Source: Mobula hypostoma (taxonomy: Eukaryota). From it: a stretch of 64,000 bases of DNA. Positions 14,711 through 28,914 of this stretch are shown piece by piece (the stretch's first letter is position 1; the number at the start of each line of letters is the position of its first letter). Both the position numbers and the translations under genes were made by a program. Below the pieces are notes generated by a model. That model saw nothing but the letters and a program-made list of their open reading frames with translations. It had not been told where the DNA came from and did no database searches. The stretch is taken from positions 106,456,001 through 106,520,000 of the forward strand of contig NC_086107.1 in the NCBI RefSeq assembly GCF_963921235.1, given 5' to 3'.

Positions 14711-15819
14711 CCTCCAAAGCACCAGAATGTTCTCCTCTTCCAGATACAATACAAGAGCAGGAAGGTTATTAGAAATATAAAGAAACATTAGTTAGTATTG
14801 GGTACAGTTTATTCCAGTGCATTTCAGGAGAGAATGAAGAAAATATTTTTCAACATGTCATTAAGGACTGGGGGGAAAATATTATACTGATGAGCAAGAT
14901 TGGAATGAAAAAAGTTGAGTTTCTGGAGATTTACTTAATTAGAGGACCCTGTTTTCCTTAGCACCGTGTAAAAGCATGTGGTTTTGTTGCTGAAACACGC
15001 TGATAGTCTGTGACTTCAGTGTTTATACAATAATCCTCTGACTGCACAGTTGCAGACAGAACCTGTTCTTCAAGATAAATCAGGACGATTATGAGGGAAA
15101 AGAGGTTGAAGTTTCTCATTACATTCAAAAAGTACTTGGGTGTGCACTTGACCAGCAAGGCCACAGACCCATTGATGGAAGGTGGGATTAGGATGGTTAG
15201 TTCTTTCAAAAATAATGTTTCAAGAATTCCATGATTTATCTCCTGTTGAGATTGGTAACAATTTCTAGGCAAAGGTTGTCCTGAGAGAGGGGCTTTGCAG
15301 GCAGGTGTGCAGTTGGAAAGCTATTGTGTTAACACTGTCATATTTTTGGGAGGTCTAGACAATGTTATATTTTGAGATGGCTTTTCCTCCAGCTTCTAGT
15401 GTTGAGCCTATCCTCCTCTGAGTGTGCACAGTGAGTCACACAAAATAAACCATTGAGTTTTTACCCGGCCTTTGTACCAACTCACGCATGAAGTAAGTGT
15501 CAGGCAAGTGTTTAGAACCTGTTGTACCTGATGGGCAAAACTCAGATTGTAACCACAGATAACAACCAAATGCAGATAGATTCTTAAACGTGAAGCTAAA
15601 TTTGAGGCTTGTTCAAAGTTGGGACCTTCTAGAAGTGTTTGGCTAGTGCTGGACCCTGCTCACAGTAGTGGAATGAAAGTGCAGAGAACAGTATCGAGCT
15701 GCCTAGGCTAATGGGTTCAATTCTGTCAATGACGGCTGGAGATATAAAATTAAATTTAAATTCTGGATTATAAATGAAGCAGCTTTGGGGGTGGTGCAGT
15801 AGAGGTTTAGAGGGCATGT

Positions 15820-16245
15820 GCTATCATGAGAGGCTGGATAAACTTGGGTTGTTTTCTCTGGAGAGGCGGAGGATGAGGGGAGATCGGATAGATGTTTATA
15901 AAATTATGAGGGGCATATATTGAGTAGAAAGGGAGTATCTGTTTCCCAGGGCTGAAATATCTAATACCAGAGGGCATATATTGAAGGTGGAGGGGGGGAT
16001 GTTTCAAAGGAAATGTGAGGAGCAAATTTTTTTTTACTCAGTGGTGGATGCCTGGAATGTGCTGCCTGATATGGTGGCAGAGACAAATGCATTAGAGGCT
16101 TTTAAGAAATGTTTAGATAAGCACGTGGATGTAAGGAAGGAGGGATATGGACATTGTGTAGGTAGGAAGGATTAGTATTTGGAGGGTTTAGCTGGGTCTG
16201 GTCCGTTCCTATGCTATACTGTACTATGCTATGCTATGTTCTATG
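15820..16245 (+). mobile_element. Old CR1 LINE 3' fragment
   Basis: Decayed CR1 C-terminus (VVDAWNVLP...AFKKCLDKH) with a (CTATG)n-like tail. Confidence 0.75.
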
Positions 16246-16289
16246 GTAAAGTTTCATTAGGGCTGCACTTTGCAGCACCAACTGTAAGA

Positions 16290-16850
16290 TAGAAACATAG
16301 AAAATAGGTGCAGGAGTAGGCCATTCGGCCCTTCGAGCCTGCACCGCCATTCAGTATGATCATGACTGATCATCCAACTCAGAACTCTGTACCAGCCTTC
16401 CTTCCATACCCCCTGATCCCTTTAGCCACAAGAGCCATATCTAACTCCCTCTTAAATATAGCCAATGAACTGGCCTCAATTGTTTCCTGTGGCAGAGAAT
16501 TCCACAGATTCGCCACTCTGTGTGAAGAAGTTTTTCCTAATCTCGGTCCTAAAAGGCTTCCCCTTTATCCTCAAACTGTGACCCCTCGTTCTGGACTTCC
16601 CCAACATCGGGAACAATCTTCCTGCATCTAGCCTGTCGAATCCCTTTAGGATTTTATACGTTTCAATAAGATCCTCCCTCAATCTTCTAAATTCCAATGA
16701 GTATAAGCCTAGTCGATCCGGTCTTTCATCATATGAAAGTCCTGCCATCCCAGGAATCAATCTGGTGAACCTTCTTTGTACTCCCTCTATGGCAAGGATG
16801 TCTTTCCTCAGATTAGGGGACCAAAACTGCACACAATACTCCAGGTGTGG
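16290..16850 (-). mobile_element. Young CR1 LINE, 5'-truncated
   Basis: Near-identical to the 3' ends of the 9992 and 61402 copies (RPHLEYCVQFWSPNLRKDILAIEGVQRRFTRLIPG). Confidence 0.93.
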
Positions 16851-17110
16851 TCGGGGTTCAGTTCCCACCACTAAGGAGTTTGTGTGGTCTCGCCATGACC
16901 ACATGGATTTCCTCTGGGTGCTCTGGTTTCCTCCTACATTCCAAAGATGTGCAGGTTAGGGTCAGTGAGTTCTGGACACAGTATGTTGGCATCAAAAGCA
17001 TGGCAACGCTTGCAGCTGCCCTAGCACAATCCTTGTTTGTTTGATTTTACGTGACAAATGCATTTCACTGCATGTTTTGACGTGTATGTGACAAATAAAG
17101 CTAATCTTAA
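16851..17110 (+). mobile_element. V-SINE (HE1-like)
   Basis: V-domain-like GGAGTTTG...GGATTTCCTCTGGGTGCTCTGGTTTCCTCCTACATTCCAAAGA; relatives near 4730-5030, 23910-24160, 34030-34190, 47545-47770, 49630-49880, 52265-52470, 55120-55390, 60160-60500. Confidence 0.75.
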
Positions 17111-18164
17111 ATGTTGAAGCAAACTGATTTTGTAACTTGTGGAGTTTTGTAAAAAAAAAACTTGCGCGTTTGCAAGTCTCCATTTTGTTAAGGAAATGAT
17201 GGCATGGTGGCACAGCTAACGGCTGCTGCCTGTGTTCTAGTGACCCACATTCAGTCCTGGTGTTACAGAGGGGTCAAATTTCCTTCCATGCCCCAAAAAT
17301 GTATACGTTAGTAGGTCTCTGTAAATTCCTTCTTGTGTGGAGGTGACTGGTAAAATCTGAGGGGTGAAGTTGATGGGAATATAGGGAGGATAAAACGTGT
17401 TTAGGTAGGAATGCTGTTAAAACGGATATTTGGGATGAACTAGTGGGCCTGTTTCCTTGCAGTACATCAGATCTCTGAAATCTGCTGTTCTACTTGTTTC
17501 AGCAAACCCTCAATGTTGAATATTCTTTGAAATGATTCAGCAAGTCACTCTGTTTGTGGGCAGTTAACAAGGTGCAGTCATTGCTCGCCTTCTCAGCTTG
17601 CCCATGCTCTCCGGAAGTACAGCAGAATTTAAAAACGGTAACAGCCACTTTTGGAAAGAAAGGTCAGCTTTATTTGTCACGTGCACATCGAAACGTGTAG
17701 TGAACTGCATGGTTTGTTACAAATCAGCGATGATGGTGCTGGGCAGCCTGCTGGTATCGCCACGGTATTTCCCTCTTATCAAAGTGCTAACTGCTTTTAG
17801 TGGACTGAAGCTGGGAGTGTTAGAGGTCAGAGAGGGTAAATTAGCTATTCCTTAAACTACCAGTTATCTTAGCAAACTGAGGATGTAGACGATGAAAGGA
17901 GAAGATTTGAAACTTGCTGTTCAGGCTGCAGCTTTGCAACTGTGGAGAATGTGTGCAGGAGCTTGAGTGGTAAGAAAGGAACTTCCAATTACCTTGTGCC
18001 AGTCATGACCTCGGGACATCCGTGCCTCACAGCTAACGGAGGTAAGTTTCATGGTGTGGTTGATGTTGTAATGCCGCACTTGATGCGTGCAAAGGGGAGT
18101 TGGGTCTTTGTAACTGAAATCTTAACTGCTGTATTCTGACTGGGTATAATTTTATTTCTTCAAG

Positions 18165-18288
18165 GTTGGCAGCAATGCAGGAATTGTTGGCATGACAAAA
18201 GAGCATCTAGGGCTGGCACTGGCACTCAATGTTCCTGTCTTTGTGGTGGTGACTAAGATCGACATGTGCCCATCTAATATCTTGCAAG
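18165..18288 (+). CDS. GTPBP1: GTPBP1 exon 5 (G4 TKID)
   Basis: [45 protein letters not shown] bounded. Confidence 0.97.
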
Positions 18289-18527
18289 GTAAGAAGGGAG
18301 ATTATCACTCTCTATTTGATTCATTTGTAAATAAACTGGTTTCTTATTTGCATCTTTCTGTGGTTGGTGTGCCTAAATACGAGGCAACTGTTGTTAGTAA
18401 GTATGTATGCCGTCACTGTTTACTGTCAGAGCAGCCTCTTGTGAGTCTCAAAGGCTGTGCAAGATGGTGCTGGCGACCAACAACGACAAAGTACGGGTAG
18501 CTCACAAAACTACCAGATAATCTAGTA

Positions 18528-18604
18528 CAGGGGTTCCCAACCTGGGGTCCACAGACCCCTCAGTTAATGGTAGGGATCCATGACTTAAAGTTTGGGAACC
18601 CCTC
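18528..18604. mobile_element. hAT-type MITE, second copy
   Basis: Same TIRs and interior as 2450-2528; degenerate 8-bp TSD ATCTAGTA/TTCTGGTA. Confidence 0.8.
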
Positions 18605-21426
18605 TTCTGGTAGATGTACTTCTGAATTACGACAGCTGCAGGCCACAGACTGTAATTTCACTTTAAGGGATGTACTTTTTGAACCGACTGAATGAACTGG
18701 CACTTTTGCGTTCTCCTGGGGGTTTCACTGAACCAGACTCACGAGTGCCGGGACGGCCATTGCTGGGGGGGTGGATGCTTTGTCAAGGCCTGATAGCTGA
18801 AGAGGAACCTGTGCTCCGCTCCATTACTCGAGCAAGATTAAAATCCTTGCGGCCGAGAGCGGAAAACAAAACAGGTGTTCAGCGCCTTTGGCCTACGTTT
18901 GCCCCGTCGGGTGGGAGGTGCAGAAGTCTTGGTCCCATGCTGCCAGGTTCGGGAGCATTTGTTACTCCGCGACCACTGGGCTTGTGGACGGGCTTCATTC
19001 ACCTCAGCGCTAAACTGGCTCTGCAGTTGTAGACTCACTTTTGTAGACTCGGCAGTTCATGTTCCATGTGTTTTGTTAACTTTTTTAACGACTTGCATTA
19101 TTTGTCCTCTTTTGCATATTGGATTTGCAGTGGTCTTTGTGTTTTTTCATAAATTTGAGTACACCACTTTCATGTGACTTGACAAAGGTCAATGTGGGGG
19201 CTTGGAAATCGAATTGGTATTAAAGTTTTTCAGTGACTTTCCCATTCTTTGGAAAATTGTTTTCCAAATTTCATGCATTGGAAATTTGTAAACTTGTTTC
19301 TGAGTTGTATGAAACTGTTTTCATAGTTCCCAGTGTGTTATTACAGGCAGTCATTGCTCGAACATTCTGTTTCAGATGGGTAGTTCTGCTTTAATATGGA
19401 AGTTGCATTTCTAAGAAACCTTGCATCATGGAAATCATGTTACTAAAACTAGAAGTTCAAACTCACAATAAGTTATTTTTATTACAAGCTTTAAAAATAT
19501 TTAATAGTGATGTTTGTTTTGTTAATGCTTAATTCTAAAGGCATTTAGAATGTGAGGTGTGGGGAGGTGAGAGTATGGTTATGTTACATTATGTAATAAA
19601 AGTATTGCTGTAGATTTGTTAGTAGAAGCAGTTTTTTTTTTGTTTCCATTGGCTCCCCCAGTGAAACTAGCAGCCTGTTTGTAAAATACAATGGTTTCTC
19701 TTTACTGTGGGGAAGTTATATGTAAACAGTTTGTACCAAGACTTTTCTTCTTCTAAAACAGCTTTATTTTTTCTCTGCTTATCAGTTTCCAAAGTAACTG
19801 TGGTTCTCTAGTATGTATTAAGTACTCTCTAGTATAATGTGATTGAAATCGTGTTATAACTTATTCAGTCTGCATGACGCAAATAAAGACTTGTCTGCTT
19901 GTACTCTTTTCCCCAGCCCCACCTTCTTGTTCTGGGATCTTCCCCTTCCTTTCCAGTTCTGAGGAAGGGTCTGGGCCTGAAACATGACTGTTTACTCTTT
20001 TCCATAGATGCTACCTGACCTGCTCAGTTCCTCTGGCACTTTGTGGGTGTGTTGCCGTGGATTTCCAGCATCTGCAGACTTCCTTGTATCTGCAGAATCT
20101 CTCGTGTTCAAAATGTTGCCTAATTTGCCAATCTACACAAGATATAGAACTACCTGCATTTGGAGATGTTTGATAGTATGTACAGGCTGAATGATGGTCA
20201 CTCAGTTGGCTGAGTGACATTGATTCATTATAAATATTCCTGCATCACATTAACATCTGACAGGTGTGGCTGACTGGGTGTTTTGAGAAAATGGATATGG
20301 AGCTACTGTAAACAGGCATCGTTAACCTACCCTGCCTGAGTTTAAGGGGACTCTGTTTCAGCTGCTAGCATTTATCATGGAGTTGCAGCACTATGCACAT
20401 TGATAGAAAAAGTTTTGGCAACAGTGTGACCTGTTAACAAACACAAGGTGCAATTTTTTCAAAAATTTCCCCTAATCATTCCTATTTCATTGGAAAGGGA
20501 GGTTAAAACTTGCAGGAAACGTGCATATAATTTACTTGAATGATCGAAGACCAAATGACTGGCCGTATCTTGTTTCTTCAGTGCTATTTTTAAACATGCA
20601 ATTTGAATCTATCTCAGTCCATTTAGAGATGAAAGAAAAATCTTCATTATTGAATTCAATGACTGCTATACTAAGTTTCTATGCCTAGTTGAAACCTAAT
20701 TCTTGTATCAATGGCATCTTGAGGTCAGCCAGGATAATATTGTGTGGTAAATCTTTACTTCGCCCCTCCCCCTCCCGGTTTCACCTATCACCTTGTGCTT
20801 CTCCCTCCCTCATCTTTTTTTCTCCAGTCCTGCTGAAGTGTCTCTGCCCAAAATGTTGACTATACTTATTTTCCATAGACCCTGCCTGGCCTGCTGAGTT
20901 CCTTTAGCATTTTGGGTGTCACTTAAATTGTATTTCTTCCCCATTCTGATGTTTGGTCTGAACAACAACTGAATGTCTTCACCACATCTGCATGTTTTTT
21001 ATGCATTGAGTTGTTGCCACATAATTAGCTGATTAGATATTTGCATGAACAAGTAGATGTACCTAATGAAGTGACCACTGAGTTTGTCTGTCTTATTTTA
21101 CGTTGTATTGTTGTCTATTATAAGGCCATAAGATATCAAGCAGAATTAAGTCATTTGGCCTAATGAGTCTGCTCTGCTATTTCATGTCAGATCCATTTTC
21201 CTCGCGGCCCCAATCTCCTGCCGCCTTGCCCTGACTGATCAAGAATCTATCAACCTCAATTTAAATACACCTGGCCTCCACAGCTGCCTGTGGCAATAAA
21301 TTCTGGAGAAATTCCTTCTCGTCTCCTTCCTAAATATTTTGAGGCTGTGTCCTGTGGTCTTAGACTCCCCCAGTGTTCTCTGGTGTTAGACTCCTCCACC
21401 ATAGGAAATGTTCTCTCCACATCCAC

Positions 21427-21454
21427 GTGTGTGTGTGTGTGTGCATGTGTGTGT

Positions 21455-21505
<51 letters not shown>
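21427..21505. repeat. (GT)n(TA)n microsatellite
   Basis: Direct reading; abuts a CR1 fragment at about 21120-21425. Confidence 0.95.
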
Positions 21506-21508
<3 letters not shown>

Positions 21509-21813
21509 CACCCAGTTGTGTAATCTCAATGCAATGATAATTGATCAAGAGAGAATACAAAATATGTTTGACATCTTATAAGGATGTTATGACCATGATT
21601 AACTGTTGTAGAAGGCACTGTTTGATTTTTAAGAAAGGCAGACCTGTATAAAGAATACTCGAACAGCCATGCCTGGTCAGGTGAATAGGGTTTGCATCAT
21701 CAAAGAATCCCAGAGATGGAATAAGAAAGCCTTTCAGTGATTGGAGGGGTTGAGTGTTTACATGAGGTAGGGAGCTAGTAGCTTGGAGGCGATGGGGGTT
21801 GAGAGTGATGTGT

Positions 21814-22004
21814 AAACACAAAATAATCTGCAGATGCTGGGGTCAAAGCAACACTCACAACACGCTGGAGGAACACAGCAGGTCAGGCAGCATCAGTGGA
21901 AAAGATCGATCGACGTTTCGGTCCTGATGAAGGGTTCCGGCCCGAAACGTCGATCGATCTTTTCCACTGATGCTGCCCGACCTGCTGAGTTCCTCCAGTG
22001 TGTT
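21814..22004. mobile_element. Palindromic Penelope-like pLTR insertion
   Basis: Two inverted pLTR halves; 12-bp TSD AGAGTGATGTGT at 21802-21813 and 22005-22016. Confidence 0.85.
21919..21956 (+). ncRNA. Minimal type I hammerhead ribozyme motif
   Basis: CGGTC-CTGATGA-A-GGG-TTCCGG-CCC-GAAA-CG-TC-GATCG; complete core and a 5-bp stem I. Confidence 0.72.
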
Positions 22005-22035
22005 AGAGTGATGTGTCCTGTGCCAGTAGTGATAG

Positions 22036-22221
<186 letters not shown>

Positions 22222-22852
22222 TAACCGCGCTGCTTTGACTAATGGGGCTCTGTTTTTGTAAACTGTCAACCCTTTTCATTTCCCTTAAAAGTGGTAACTC
22301 TTGCTGGTAAATGGTCTAATGACATGTTGTCATGGCCTGTGAACATCACTGGGTTGATCTAACAGTGAGTGTTGTTGACAAGTATGGGGCTTGTTCAATG
22401 AGCCATTTCACATGAGCTTCAGTAGGGTTGGCTTAGCCCTCCTCCACAAGAGGGGTTTTTTTTGGTCTGCCATGATGTCGTGGTAGAGTAACACATTCAA
22501 TTTTTATCATACAATGTTTAAATTTGCTAAGTCTCTGTGATCCTGGATGTCTAACGTTCTCTCTGCCTGGGAGTATCTTTGCTTAAATAAGTCAAGCTTC
22601 CTTAAGTGGCTTGTTGATTTAATACAGTAAGTTGAAGGGATTTGAATAGACTGAGCACAGTAGAAAAGTGTTTTGTCACTTACTGTACTTTGTTACCACA
22701 AAAGGAAGTGCCTAAAATGGTCAGAGGTAGTTGCTGACCAATTAGCTTCACAAGTACCTACCTCACCTGGGTTTTGGCCTTCATTCTATGTCTAGATCTT
22801 AATGCTTAAATTTTCTTTGTCCGCTCCCTAAATGTTCTTTGTCTCTCTGTAA

Positions 22853-23086
<234 letters not shown>

Positions 23087-24773
23087 TAATTCCCCAGCTG
23101 ATCTCTCTTGAATCAAACTGTATTTATGCCATCTTAAACACAGTAAAATGCACTTCCTTGAATTGTTAATTTTTTCTTAGTCAATGGTTCATTGGTTTCA
23201 CTTAATATCAGAATGTATATAGTATACATCCTGGAATTCTTGCTGTTCGCAGACATCCATGAAACAGAAGAATAACCACAAAGAATGAATGACAGAAAAA
23301 TGTTAAACCCCAAAGGCCCCCCCCCACACACACACACACACACAAGCAGCAGCAAAGCATCAACCCTCCCCACTCTCGCTCCCCCCACCTGCCTCAGCAA
23401 AACCGTCAGCCATGCAAGCAATAACAAAGCCCCCAAAGAGACCATGATCTGCAGACCTTCGAAAACAACTGTTCACCCCAATAGCTCAACATGCCACAGG
23501 CTCTTTCTCACTAATGAGGGAGAGAAAGGTATCGCTGCTGCCATTGCGAGGGGGGAGGCCAACAGCTCACTGTTTTGATGTTAGTCTGTAGCATCGCTTA
23601 TTTCAACAGCACCATACACTGCTATCTCAATGCTCCAATCTCCTGCGGTGCTTCAGATGGTGACACCAGCAAGGAAACTGGTTGTCCACAGGGCCACGTC
23701 CCGAAGGTGCCTGTCTTCCAGGCTACTCCTGGAGATGCTAGGCTGCTAATAGAAGAGGTGTATTTTATCAAAGATTATAGAAGGTCAAAGGGATAACAGT
23801 CCTACTGCTCATGCAGTGGAATAGGAAAGTGTGTCATCTGAACCCCTGGGCATCGTGCAGGAGTTCCAGAGGACAGTATCAAAGATTATCTTTATGTGCA
23901 GCAGGTTTATCAAAACATGCAATGAAATGCGTTGTTTACGTCAAATCAACGCGGATTGTCCTGGGGAAAGGCTGCAACTGTCACCACGTTTCTGGCGCTA
24001 ACATGGCATGCCCACAATCTAACTAACCCTAAACATGCATCTTTGGAATGTGGGATGAAACTGGAGCATCCGGAGGAAACACACGCAGTTATAAGGAGAA
24101 CATACAAACTTCTTGCAGACAGTGGCAGAAGTTAACCTGAAGACTTGGTGCAGCACTATAAGGCATGCATTTACAGTACTGAGCAGAAGTCTTGGGTGCT
24201 TACAGCTAGGATGTCTAAGACTTTTGCGCAGTACTGTTTTTGTCAACGTGGAGCAGCGGAGAGCGAGTTTGTAAATCTGGCGGGAGCAAAGGATGTTAGG
24301 AATGGCAAGGATGGAACAACCCAGGAGGGTTGTGGGACGGGTGGCAAAGTAGTGCCAGAGGTGAGGGTTGGCGTGGGTGCAGACACACCCATCCCTGAGA
24401 CACCAGGCAAAGTCATTTGATTCCAAACAATTAGTTTATTGATCATTACAGAATGTTTCTCTGGTGCTTCCTGCTCTCTCCCCTCTCCCTGCCCCGCCTT
24501 CTCCCTCTCAGTCCACAACAGAGACCCTATCAGAATCAGGTTCACCATCACGTATCTCATGATGTTTTTTTTTGTGGCAGCAGCAATGTTCCCTCTAACT
24601 TGTAGTGACTAGTGTGCTCAAAATTCTTATGCTATGCCATTTTTTTGCCCAGTGACAATGTGTGCGCACTGAATTTTTAAGTGGAAGTAAACCTGAAGCT
24701 ATTCCAAGGACAATAAACTACCCAGTGCAGTTTGTTCTTCATTGTTTAAAAGAAATAAAATAGTACACATCAA

Positions 24774-25333
24774 ACAACAGGAATTCTGCAGATGCTGGAA
24801 ATTCAAGCAACACACATCAAAGTTGCTGGTGAACGCAGCAGGCCAGGCAGCATCTCTAGGAAGAGGTACAGTCGACGTTTCAGGCCGGGACCCTTCGTCA
24901 GGACTAACTGATGGAAGATTTAGTAAGAGATTTGAAAGTGGGAGGGGGAGGGGGAGATCCAAAAATGATAGGAGAAGACAGGAGGGGGAGGGATGGAGAC
25001 AAGAGCTGGACAGGTGATTGGCAAAGGGGATACGAGAGGATCATGGGACAGGAGGCCTAGGGAGAAAGAAAAGGGGGGGGGGAACCAGAGGATGGGCAAG
25101 GGGTATAGTCAGAGGGACAGAAGGAGAAAAAGGAGAGTTAGAGAAAGAATATGTGTATAAAAATAAATAACGGATGGGGTACGAGGGGGAGGTGGGGCAT
25201 TAGCGGAAGTTAGAGAAGTCGATGTTCACGCCATCAGGTTGGAGGCTACCCAGATGGAATATAAGGTGTTGTTCCTCCAACCTGAGTGTGGCTTCATCTT
25301 TACAGTAGAGGAGGCCATAGATACACATATTAA
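24774..25333 (-). mobile_element. Penelope-like element 3' fragment
   Basis: End of the GIY-YIG ORF plus pLTR; 10-bp TSD TACACATCAA at 24764-24773 and 25334-25343. Confidence 0.85.
24869..24906 (-). ncRNA. Minimal type I hammerhead ribozyme motif
   Basis: Minus strand TAGTC-CTGACGA-A-GGG-TCCCGG-CCT-GAAA-CG-TC-GACTG. Confidence 0.72.
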
Positions 25334-26159
25334 TACACATCAATGTGTCTTATTTCTCATATACTAAACAACAGCATTAATAATATCAATCTTTTCACAT
25401 ATTATTGAAGTTGTTTGAAATGGTCAAACAAAACATATAAAATCTCAAATCACACGTTCCTGACCTCATGAGCTTCCAGTGCAGCAGTTTCTACTGTTTC
25501 ATCAAGACGTACCCCTTTCAATGAACTAGTTCGTTTATGCTTCACACCCTTGGCTTTTTTGGAATTCAACATAGTGAATCAATAAGTTCTTTGATAAAAA
25601 CAGTATAAATAAGCCAGTTCTAAAAATCTGCAGACAGATCATTGCAAACCTCACGTTGTCAACACTGTCCACATCAGAAATCAGAAAGGGAAATGTGATT
25701 GTGTACAATCATGAAATATACTTAAGGTGCCAATGAGGTAGGAGGTGACAACCTTCAGTGCGCAGTTTAAATTCCTTTGTGCGCTAGTACTAAAAGATGT
25801 GTGTGCGCACTTTGGAGGGATCGCTGGGCAACAGTACACTGCAATGCATAACATTACTATAGTACCTAAATGACAAGTAACATCTGAGCCAAATGTCATG
25901 GGCATTGTCCATGTCCATAGAACATCTTCTCAACATCTATTTGCACTATCAAGATCCTGGAGGTAATTGTCACTGTTGATGATAAATTTAACTAGGTCGG
26001 CCACACAAATGCTGATTGCAAGAACAAGTCAGTTACCAAGTATTCTGTAATGATATGTCTTCTGCCACTCAAGTCTTTGCACCATCAGCACAGCACAAAT
26101 CAGGGAGAGTGATGGAACATTGCCCTCTGGCTAGATGAGTGCAGTTCCAACAGTGCTCT

Positions 26160-26860
26160 AACCTGACATCTACAAACCAAATCATCAAGTTTACTGGTGA
26201 CACAGCAGTGGCTGGCCTCAACCACGATGACAAAACGGCATACAGAGAGGAGGTAGACCGGCTAGAAGAATGATACGGGCACAACAACTTGAGCCTCGAC
26301 GTTGACAAGACCAAAGAGATGATTGTGGACTATAGAGACGTGCAGGCTGACCACTCCTCACTACACGTAAGTGGCTCCTCCTTGGAGAGTTAGGAGCACC
26401 GAGTTTCTGGGCGTGCACATTACGGATGATCTCAACTGGTCCCTCAATTTCACCTGGTCAAAAAAAAATCACTGCAGCGTCTCCAATCTGAGGAGACTGA
26501 GGCAAGCGAGGCTCCTCCCATTTTAACCACAAGAGCACCATTGAGAGTGTGCTGACCAGCTCTATCACACTGCTATGGGAATTGCAAGGCTTCTCAGCAC
26601 AAAGCATTGAGAGGATCATTGGGGTCCCTCTTCAGGAGCACGGCGTACATAGGATCTCTAGCACATTTAGCATTGTCACTGATCCCTCCCATCTGTCCAA
26701 CAATCTCTTTGGCCCTCTTCCCCCCCACCATCAGACAGGAGGTATAATGGCATTAGGATAGGAAACAGCTTCTAACACCGCTCCCCCCGCCCCTCCCCAG
26801 GCCATAAGACTGCTGAACTCTCTGCCACTGCCCAGGTAGTGTCATTAGCATTATACTTTT
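26160..26860 (+). mobile_element. Decayed Rex1/Babar-like LINE fragment
   Basis: RT C-terminal remnants (IIKFTGDTAVAG...AYREEV...NNLSLDVDKTKEMIVDYR); relatives at about 50870-51490 with a (CTGATT)n tail and 53630-54400. Confidence 0.65.
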
Positions 26861-28692
26861 ACTTTTTAACTGGTATGCACCTTGATGTTAATTTATTTGT
26901 GGTAATATTACTTTGTGTTCTGGGTATGAGTTGTATACGCTGTGTTGTGCAGCTTGGTCTGAAGGAGCGTTGTCTCCTTTGGCAGTATACCTCTTTACGG
27001 TTGAATTACAATTAACTTAAATTTGAAGGTAGCTGGTTTGCTGGGTTTACCGCCCACCAATGATGCAGCATGAATCATCCGCAAGGTGTACTGCAACAAC
27101 TTGCAGAGGCTGCCGTCACGCCAAGTCATGTGAACTCCGAAGGTTTTGAGCAACAGGTTCATGAGAACACTACCTGCACTTCTCTTTAAGTTTCCAATAG
27201 GCATGATATAGAAAAAGACCAGTTCTTCATTGTGACTGCCTAAATCAAAGTTCAAAATAAATTATCGAAGTACATATATGTCACCATATACTAACTTGAG
27301 ATTCATTTTCTTGTGGGCAATCCAAAGAAACACACAGAATCGATGAAAAACTACACACAAACGACAACAAATTGTGCAAATACAAAAAGAAAAGTGAAAT
27401 AATCATCATAATGGGTAAAAATTAATAAATAATATTGAGAACATGAGTTGCTGAGTTCCTGAAAATGTGTCGCTAGGTTGTGGGATCAGCTCTGTGTTGA
27501 GGTGAGTGAAGTTACTCACACTGGTTCAGGAGCCTGATGATTACGGGATACTAACTGTCCATGTCCTGTGATGGAGTGGGCTGTACCTTTTCGAGGGCAC
27601 TGGTGTTTCCGTACCAGGCTGTGATGCAACCAGTCGGCTTACTCTCCACTGTGCATCTATAGATGTCTATACTGAGACTAAAGTCCAGAAAGTCTGTACT
27701 TAGATCATAGCACATTACGGGCCCTTTGGCACAAAATGGTGTGCTGACCTTTTAACCTATTTCAAGATCAATTCAGTGCTTAGCCATTTCTGTCCTGGGT
27801 TAAAAAGGTGATTGCTGTCCCCTCCATCTGTGCTTCTGCTCAGCAGAGTGGGAATTATTCTGCTAGAAGGACTGGAATAGTTGGAGAAGATGACTTAGCA
27901 GCATGTTTCCCATGGCAAATGGAGATAAATGCTGACTTTGACAGTTATGTCCAACTCCAATTTTTAATTTAAAAAAAATTAAATAAAATTTGACACCAAG
28001 CCATGGGATGAATTATTTGTATAGATGATGAAAAACTTGTAATATCGGAAATTTTTAAGAAGCATGGAAGGAATGAGGCAAAGACTTTTCAAAGAGGATT
28101 TCAGAACTTGGGAGTCCAGCCACTAGAGGCATAAACTTGAACTGCAGTAAACCCTGGCTTGTTGAAGGGAATATTCCTGAGACAGGCTCTGGAAAATAGG
28201 GCATTACCTTTTGGCCCATGATCTTACTCTGAGCTAATTAAACTAGTAATTAAATGTTTGGTTATACTAATCCCTTCTGCCTACACTATGTCCATATTCC
28301 ACCATTCTCTGAAAATTCACGTGCCTATCTAAGAGTCTCTTGGCCTGTATCGGATTTGCCTCCATCACAACCCTGGCATTCCAGACACCAGCCACACTGC
28401 TATTAAACAAAGCAGCAGAAAATGGGTGATTAACTGAAACTATTGAATCCTTCCTATATACTACAGTGAACATTTCTGACATTGCAACACTTTGACTTGT
28501 CCCTTTAGGCCTGGTTAAGGGGTGTGGTAAGAGCTCAATATTTACGGGGAAATTCTTACCTAAGCAGGGCCTTGCATAATTCCTTGTGAAAATATGTGAA
28601 GCTATGGGGAAGTTATTATCGATGACTGGGTTTCCCTGACACTTGCCATTAACTCGCAATCCCTGCTATGCTCCCACTTTATTTTTTTCTAG

Positions 28693-28914
<222 letters not shown>

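Larger units (their letters stand above)
24584..25826. mobile_element. hAT-type non-autonomous DNA transposon with a nested Penelope fragment
   Basis: Imperfect TIRs CAATGTTCCCTCTAA / TTGGAGGGATCGCTG; 8-bp TSD GGCAGCAG (24576-24583) / GGCAACAG (25827-25834). Confidence 0.65.

Noticed and set aside
18630..19180. GC-richer segment with 100-120-aa ORFs (similar cases at 23170-23800 and 24230-24510)
   Set aside because: No recognisable protein; probably unclassified repeats that I cannot assign without a library.
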